From Candidatus Poribacteria bacterium (lineage in GTDB: Bacteria > Poribacteria > WGA-4E > PCPOR2b), in contig OZ242351.1 of the NCBI GenBank assembly GCA_965208675.1, positions 1,536,001 to 1,600,000 of the forward strand: DNA of 64,000 nt, read 5' to 3'. Position 1 is the first letter of the stretch, and each line of letters begins with the position of its first letter. A program made the position numbers and the translations under genes. This document shows, in pieces, positions 58,427 through 64,000 of this stretch. The notes under the pieces are model-generated. The model was given only the letters and a program-made list of their open reading frames with translations. It was not told the DNA's origin and did no database searches.

Positions 58427-61177
58427 ATGAAGCGCTCAACCGAGAGCTACAAAGCGAAACACCGTTTCACCCCCTATCTCGTTATTAGCTTGATGCTTGT
58501 GTCCAACCCTGTGTTGGGGCAAACGCATAATCATCGGGTCGCCGATATCGTATACCTCCTCAACGGCAACGCCATTGATGAAACTACCCTGCTTGAAGAC
58601 CTCCGGCGTAGGACGAAAATCTCAATAGGAAAACCAATCTCCCGCCATGCAATTCGGAAGAGCATTGAAGCAATCTATGCAATCGGCGAGTATTCTCAAG
58701 TGGAAGTTATTCAAAGCGCTGCGCCCGGCGGCGTTTTGATCCGATTTATACTTTCCACGAAAATCACCGTACGAGAAATCCAATTCACGGGCAACGATAA
58801 CTTGCGCAAAGACGACCTCTTTGAAGTAATGAAATCCCGCCCGAATGTAGAATACCATGAGCAAATTGCTAAGCAAGATAGAAACAGAATTCTCCGATTT
58901 TACGGAGATGAACACGGTTATCTACAAGCCGAAGTGCGCTTCATTCCGCCCAATCCCCAAAACGTCCATGAGGTCAATCTTCTTTACGAAATCTCCGAAG
59001 GGCAACAATCCCTGATTCGGGAAATTGGGTTTAAAGGGGTTAAGGGAATCGAACCGAAAAAGCTGGCAAAGGTGCTAAAGAGCAAAGCATGCAAACCTTA
59101 CCAGAATCGCCGCATCGAAGAAGACATTGATGCCATCCGCGACTTATACCGAAAAAATGGATACCTCACCGTCCAAGTTGAACCCGAACCGTATTATGAT
59201 GAAAAAACGCATATGGTTTCTCTCATCTACCAGGTGCGCGAGGGGAAAAAAGTCGTTGTCGAACTAGTGGGTGAAAACGTTGACAGCCGAGAACTCAGTG
59301 AGCAACTGAGTTTATTCAAACAGGACGGGTATTCGGATACAATTCTCCGCAGCAATAAGCAACAAATTCGCCGCATCTATCAACAGAAAGGGTATTATGC
59401 CCCGGAGGTTGCGTTTCAAATCGAAAAAGAATCGAAGGATGAAGTGATTATTCGTTTCGACATTCATCCCGGTGTACTGTTGCACATCGGCACTATTAAG
59501 TTTGAAGGGAACGCAGCATTTACAGCCGCCGAGCTTCGTGACAAGATGGAAACCCGATCGCGCGCCGGATTCGGTCGTATCATACCGGGATTTGGCAGGT
59601 TTTTTCCAAAAGGTATTTTCGATCCGGAGATTTTGGAAAGAGACCGCCGTGTACTGAAACTGTTTTATAAAAAAGCCGGTTATGCCGACGTCCAAATCAA
59701 ACCGGAAAAAGAGATCGATGAAAAAAAAGGGCGCATCAACTTAATGATTAACGTTATAGAGGGAAAACGTCAGATTATAGAGGTTGTGAGCATTAAAGGA
59801 AACCGCACAATTAAAGCTAGAACCTTGCTATCGAAGCCCGCTGCAAAACCGGGGGAACCCTACAGCACAGACGTTGTGGCGCGCGATGTGCAATCGATCC
59901 AGTCCCATTACAATAAGGAAGGGTATATCTACGCGAGCATTGAACCGCACTACCAGCCGGAAACAGGTAGGCTGGTTTATCAAATCTCTGAGGGCATTCA
60001 AGCCAAGTTTGGGCGGTTCTACTTTGATGGGGAGGGGCGAATCAAACTACACGTTTTGGAGCGAGAATTTAAGAACCTAGACGGCACCGTGTTTAACCAC
60101 GAAAAACTGATTGAAGGTCGGCGGCGATTGTTTAATTTCGGAATCTTTCGCGAAATCGATATTCAGACGCCTGGACAGCTTGAAGGGGAAGAGGTCGTTG
60201 ATGTCAATGTCAACGCCAAAGTCAGAGCACCCGGTTCAATGAGCTTGAGCGGCGGTTATAGCCCGTCGGAAGGCGTTCGGGGAACTATCGGTGTGACTCA
60301 CAATAATATTCACAAACGCAACATGCGAGCAGGAATGCAGTTCCGAATCGGAACGCGCGGCAACCTGTATGAGCTAACCCTGGTTGAACCGTGGTTCAAA
60401 CCACCAATCATTGGACACACAATCGGCACCCTACGCCTATTTGAAGATAATCTAGAAGAAAACAATGACATACGCGCCCGCGGTGTGACAGCCAATCTTG
60501 CGAAGCGGCTTGGACCGCATAGCAACTTGGCAATGCAATACAAATATCAGGAGTTACATCAGAGCGATAGTGACAGAAGCACCATTGTGAGCAGTTTGGG
60601 AATCTCGTTTCATCGGGATAATCGGGACAGCTTTCTTAACCCCAGAAATGGATGGTTCAACGAGGTGGCAGTAGAGTATGCCGGCGTGTTTCTTGGCGGC
60701 GAAACCCGCTTTGTGAAATTTACAACGGATAATCGCCACTACAAGCAGATTGGAAGGGTAGTTGTTGCGAATGCGCTCCGGCTTGGTTGGTTGCGCCCCA
60801 ACCGCGCCCGGGAGATTGACGATCTCCTCTCTTTTGAACGTTTTTGGGCGGGTGGGTCCACAACGGTTAGAGGGTACGATGAGCGGTCATTAGGCCCCAG
60901 CGAATCGGACAATCCTCGAGGGGACGTTTTGTTAGTATTTAATACAGAATTGCGCTACCCAATTTTCAAGTTCATCGGCGGTGCCTTGTTTTTTGACACG
61001 GGCAACGTGTGGGAAAAACTGAGGTTTTCGGATATCGGGGAAAACCCCCCTCGGTCGGCCGTTGGAATTGGGCTTCGTATTGAGACGCCTCTTGGTCCTG
61101 CTCGTTTGGATTTTGGTTTCCCGCTCACCGAGAATTCCTCGCGCCGCGTTCATCTCGAACTGGGGCACGCTTTTTGA
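58427..61177 (+). CDS. Omp85 family outer-membrane assembly factor (BamA/TamA-like)
   Basis: Signal peptide, multiple POTRA repeats (IxFxGN, YxxxGY, I/VxEG), barrel with FWAGGSTTVRGY, FFDTGNVW, TPLGPARLDFG, terminal F. Confidence 0.92.
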   Translation: MKRSTESYKAKHRFTPYLVISLMLVSNPVLGQTHNHRVADIVYLLNGNAIDETTLLEDLRRRTKISIGKPISRHAIRKSIEAIYAIGEYSQVEVIQSAAPGGVLIRFILSTKITVREIQFTGNDNLRKDDLFEVMKSRPNVEYHEQIAKQDRNRILRFYGDEHGYLQAEVRFIPPNPQNVHEVNLLYEISEGQQSLIREIGFKGVKGIEPKKLAKVLKSKACKPYQNRRIEEDIDAIRDLYRKNGYLTVQVEPEPYYDEKTHMVSLIYQVREGKKVVVELVGENVDSRELSEQLSLFKQDGYSDTILRSNKQQIRRIYQQKGYYAPEVAFQIEKESKDEVIIRFDIHPGVLLHIGTIKFEGNAAFTAAELRDKMETRSRAGFGRIIPGFGRFFPKGIFDPEILERDRRVLKLFYKKAGYADVQIKPEKEIDEKKGRINLMINVIEGKRQIIEVVSIKGNRTIKARTLLSKPAAKPGEPYSTDVVARDVQSIQSHYNKEGYIYASIEPHYQPETGRLVYQISEGIQAKFGRFYFDGEGRIKLHVLEREFKNLDGTVFNHEKLIEGRRRLFNFGIFREIDIQTPGQLEGEEVVDVNVNAKVRAPGSMSLSGGYSPSEGVRGTIGVTHNNIHKRNMRAGMQFRIGTRGNLYELTLVEPWFKPPIIGHTIGTLRLFEDNLEENNDIRARGVTANLAKRLGPHSNLAMQYKYQELHQSDSDRSTIVSSLGISFHRDNRDSFLNPRNGWFNEVAVEYAGVFLGGETRFVKFTTDNRHYKQIGRVVVANALRLGWLRPNRAREIDDLLSFERFWAGGSTTVRGYDERSLGPSESDNPRGDVLLVFNTELRYPIFKFIGGALFFDTGNVWEKLRFSDIGENPPRSAVGIGLRIETPLGPARLDFGFPLTENSSRRVHLELGHAF

Positions 61178-61188
61178 ACAAAAATCCC

Positions 61189-61217
61189 TTGACAAACGAG
61201 TAGCTACTATGTATAAT
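61189..61217 (+). promoter_or_regulatory. consensus sigma70 promoter of the tRNA operon
   Basis: TTGACA-N17-TATAAT, 14 nt before tRNA-Thr. Confidence 0.9.
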
Positions 61218-61231
61218 TCACATTCGCGTTT

Positions 61232-61307
61232 GCTGGCGTAGCTCAACGGGCAGAGCAAGTGATTTGTAATCACTAGGTTGGGGGTTCGATTCCTCTCGCC
61301 AGCTCCA
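61232..61307 (+). tRNA. tRNA-Thr(TGT)
   Basis: GCTGGCG/CGCCAGC acceptor stem, anticodon arm AGTGA-TTTGTAA-TCACT, GTTCGA, encoded CCA. Confidence 0.96.
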
Positions 61308-61324
61308 TTCTTTGTACACCGGCT

Positions 61325-61406
61325 GGGGAGATACCAAAGCGGTCAAACGGGGCAGACTGTAAATCTGTTGGCTATGCCTTCGGAGGTTCGAATCCTTCTC
61401 TCCCCA
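61325..61406 (+). tRNA. tRNA-Tyr(GTA)
   Basis: GGGGAGA/TCTCCCC, GCAGA-CTGTAAA-TCTGT, long variable arm, GTTCGAA. Confidence 0.96.
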
Positions 61407-61451
61407 TCACGTATGGCGCACAGCAAAACGCGAAAGCAGTTCAGATACAAC

Positions 61452-61525
61452 GCGGGAGTAGCTCAGGTTGGTAGAGCATTGGCCTTCCAAGCCAATTGTC
61501 GCGGGTTCGAACCCCGTCTCCCGCT
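61452..61525 (+). tRNA. tRNA-Gly(TCC)
   Basis: GCGGGAG/CTCCCGC, TTGGC-CTTCCAA-GCCAA, GTTCGAA. Confidence 0.96.
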
Positions 61526-61664
61526 TTGCGTTCTGATATTTTTTTTGGTAGTCCCCTTTGAATTTGGACAGCTATTTCGCCAAACTCCCGAGTTGCATAT
61601 CACTGGAGCGCGGTTTGCTTAACGGCGAATCCGGCGAATGTCGGAACGGGGACTTGTTTGCTGT

Positions 61665-61737
<73 letters not shown>

Positions 61738-61785
61738 TCAGTACGCGTTTCAAAACCGGGATGTATTTACATTCGAGTAACCGAT

Positions 61786-61938
61786 ATGCCTAGAGATGTC
61801 GTTTCGTTAGCGTGTGATGATTGCAAACGGCGAAACTATGTGACGACAAGGAACAAAAGAAAACAACAAGCGCGTTTTGAGTTTAAAAAATATTGTCGTT
61901 TTTGTCGGAAACACACACTACACAAAGAAACTCGATAA
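61786..61938 (+). CDS. rpmG: 50S ribosomal protein L33 (Zn-binding C+ type)
   Basis: MPRDVVSLACDDCKRRNYVTTRNK...KKYCRFCRKHTLHKETR. Confidence 0.96.
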   Translation: MPRDVVSLACDDCKRRNYVTTRNKRKQQARFEFKKYCRFCRKHTLHKETR

Positions 61939-61962
61939 AACATCAATCATTTCCTTGCTTGC

Positions 61963-62036
61963 AGGCCAGTGGCTCAACCGGCTAGAGCATCGGTCTCCAA
62001 AACCGAGGGTTGGGGGTTCGAGTCCCTCCTGGCCTG
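61963..62036 (+). tRNA. tRNA-Trp(CCA)
   Basis: AGGCCAG/CTGGCCT, TCGGT-CTCCAAA-ACCGA, GTTCGAG. Confidence 0.96.
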
Positions 62037-62057
62037 CCTTTTTATTGAAATTTCATT

Positions 62058-62441
62058 ATGATAGGGCGCGTAAAAAAATTTTTACAAGAAATTCGAATTG
62101 AATGGGAAAAGGTGTCCAAACCTGACTGGAAGGATGTCCGTGGGAATACACTCGTCGTAATTGTAGCATGTGCGATTTTAGGGTTTTTCCTGTGGCTTGT
62201 CGATGGAAACGCCGCGTACCCCAATTGGACCTCTGAGATTGGACTGGTTTTGCTCATCGTTTTAGTGCTATTCGTTCCTTTGATTTTGAGACGTTATACA
62301 CCTAAGTGGAAACTATCAATTCCCATTTTGATTCTTCCACTAGTAATTGTTGCGTTTTTCTATTTTGATCCCGATCCTAACCGGGGGGACATTAAAGGAT
62401 TCGGTTTGTCTTTACTTCGCGATCTGTTTATCCGCCGCTAA
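62058..62441 (+). CDS. secE: preprotein translocase subunit SecE (extended)
   Basis: FLQEIRIEWEKVSKP...TLVVIV...FLWLVD; synteny between tRNA-Trp and nusG. Confidence 0.9.
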   Translation: MIGRVKKFLQEIRIEWEKVSKPDWKDVRGNTLVVIVACAILGFFLWLVDGNAAYPNWTSEIGLVLLIVLVLFVPLILRRYTPKWKLSIPILILPLVIVAFFYFDPDPNRGDIKGFGLSLLRDLFIRR

Positions 62442-62502
62442 ACATGCGTTTACGCCGTGCTGTGCCGTTCCCACGGTTAACTTTAATGGATAAAAGAAAT
62501 CT

Positions 62503-63066
62503 ATGACCGGCTTCTGGTATATTATCCACATCTATTCTGGGCATGAAAAAAAAGTCAAGGTAAATCTTGAGCAACGAGTACAGGCGGTAGGTTTGGAGGA
62601 GGAAATCCTTCAAGTCATCATTCCGACGAAGGAAGTCGTAGAAGTCAAAAACGGCAAGAAACGGACGTTTGAACGCCCCTCTTATCCAGGATATATACTT
62701 ATCCAAACCGCAAATGAATTAAGGGCAGATGCAGAAATTGAGAGCAGCCAGAAGAGTTGGCATCTGATCCGAGACACGCCCGGCGTGATGAGTTTCGTTG
62801 GATCAAGTTCTCATCCACCGCCGCTTGCTGAAGAAGAGGTGCAAAATGCCCTTAATATTTCAACGGATGAAGAGAGAAGGCGACCTTCTCCGGTGGTGGA
62901 TTATGTCGTTGGAGATAAGGTTAAGGTGATTGATGGGCCATTCAACGAATTCCCCGCGGAGATTCATGGCATTGACGAGGAAAAACAGCGATTACATCTT
63001 ATGATTTCGATTTTTGGTAGAACAACCCCTATAGAACTTGAATTTTTCCAAGTCGAGAAAATTTAG
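62503..63066 (+). CDS. nusG: transcription termination/antitermination factor NusG
   Basis: WYIIHIYSGHEKKV, YPGYI, TPGVMSFVG, KOW GDKVKVIDGPF, IFGRTTP. Confidence 0.97.
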   Translation: MTGFWYIIHIYSGHEKKVKVNLEQRVQAVGLEEEILQVIIPTKEVVEVKNGKKRTFERPSYPGYILIQTANELRADAEIESSQKSWHLIRDTPGVMSFVGSSSHPPPLAEEEVQNALNISTDEERRRPSPVVDYVVGDKVKVIDGPFNEFPAEIHGIDEEKQRLHLMISIFGRTTPIELEFFQVEKI

Positions 63067-63087
63067 CGTATCTTTGGAGAGATAATA

Positions 63088-63513
63088 ATGGCAAAAAAAA
63101 TTGCGGGCGTTGTTAAACTTCAGCTCGTGTCCGGGCAAGCAACTCCGAACCCGCCTGTTGGTCCGAGCCTTGCGCCATATATGATAAATATTCCAGAGTT
63201 TATCAAATCCTTTAATGCGCAGACTCAAGACCAACAAGGATTGGTTGTTACCACGGTTGTGACCTGTTTCGCAGATCGCTCCTTTAGTTTCGAGGTAAAA
63301 TCACCACCGACCGCGGTGCTATTGAAACAAGCCGCAAGAATTGCGAAAGGATCGGGCGAACCAAACCGCAATAAGGTTGCTTCTGTGACCCCGGAGCAAA
63401 TCAAGGATATTGCGCAAACCAAATTGCCAGATTTGAATACGGTAAGTTTGGAATCTGCAATGCAAATGGTCAGAGGAACCGCCCGGAGTATGGGAATCAC
63501 GATTACGGGATAA
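63088..63513 (+). CDS. rplK: 50S ribosomal protein L11
   Basis: [34 protein letters not shown]. Confidence 0.97.
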   Translation: MAKKIAGVVKLQLVSGQATPNPPVGPSLAPYMINIPEFIKSFNAQTQDQQGLVVTTVVTCFADRSFSFEVKSPPTAVLLKQAARIAKGSGEPNRNKVASVTPEQIKDIAQTKLPDLNTVSLESAMQMVRGTARSMGITITG

Positions 63514-63527
63514 CACGGAGGATAACC

Positions 63528-64000
63528 ATGAAAAAGAGAGGCAAGCGATACCAGGAGATAGCGCAAGCCGTTGACCGCCTTAAGTCTTACGATTTAAATG
63601 AAGCATTACCTTTATTGAAAAAGACGGCAACTTCGAAGTTCGGAGAAACCGTGGATCTGGCTGTGCATCTCGGTGTTGACCCGAGGCACGCTGACCAAAA
63701 TATCCGCGGCACCGTTGCATTGCCCCACGGCACCGGTAAGCAGGTGCATGTAATTGTTTTTGCCGAAGGTGAAAAAGCACGCGAAGCGGAAGACGCAGGC
63801 GCGGATGTCGTCGGTAGTGACGACCTAATTGAACGGATTGCCGGCGGCTGGTTAGAATTCGATGCCGTCGTTGCAACCCCAGATATGATGCGTAGAATTT
63901 CGTCGAAATTGGGGAGGATTCTGGGGCCAAGAGGATTAATGCCTAATCCGAAGGCAGGAACCGTTACAATGGACGTTGCAGAGACCATCGCAAATATCAA
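63528..64000 (+). CDS. rplA: 50S ribosomal protein L1 (partial, runs off the window)
   Basis: ATG 63528 after GGAGG; MKKRGKRY...[24 protein letters not shown]...[20 protein letters not shown]. Confidence 0.97.
   Translation, partial: MKKRGKRYQEIAQAVDRLKSYDLNEALPLLKKTATSKFGETVDLAVHLGVDPRHADQNIRGTVALPHGTGKQVHVIVFAEGEKAREAEDAGADVVGSDDLIERIAGGWLEFDAVVATPDMMRRISSKLGRILGPRGLMPNPKAGTVTMDVAETIANI

Noticed and set aside
63580-64000. Minus-strand ORFs 63580..63930 and 63587..64000
   Set aside because: Antisense to rplA, which is absent from the ORF track only because it lacks a stop in the window.

Overview
Bacterial chromosomal window from a diderm organism, most likely Candidatus Poribacteria or a relative. 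That assignment is an inference from the PhyH dioxygenase, the dockerin + NYPNPFN C-terminal-domain secreted protein and the giant ECF sigma fusions. The left 16 kb is an accessory cluster of three paralogous membrane-anchored ECF sigma factors fused to interchangeable extracytoplasmic modules (carboxypeptidase-regulatory-like repeats ending in either a CxxC-less thioredoxin-like domain or a C-type lectin), plus a sigma-less secreted paralog. All three sigma genes share an upstream AAC-N18-GTCTA promoter-like motif. Each also has an internal Shine-Dalgarno + in-frame ATG exactly at the sigma/sensor junction. The middle holds two orphan LivK-like lipoproteins, UDG, an MFS transporter, bioD, manA, an NtrB/NtrC-like pair, hisH, a type II R-M pair inserted behind an FMN-riboswitch-controlled ribD-ribE-ribBA-ribH operon, an orphan Rad50/SbcC-like ATPase, cinA and lysA. 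The right end is core genome: tamB and an Omp85 gene, tRNA-Thr/Tyr/Gly/Thr, rpmG, tRNA-Trp, secE, nusG, rplK and partial rplA, with no tuf gene in its usual position. There are two copies of a ~250-bp MITE-like element and many REP-like palindromes. No CRISPR array, rRNA or transposase was seen. All calls come from reading motifs by eye; no database search was run.
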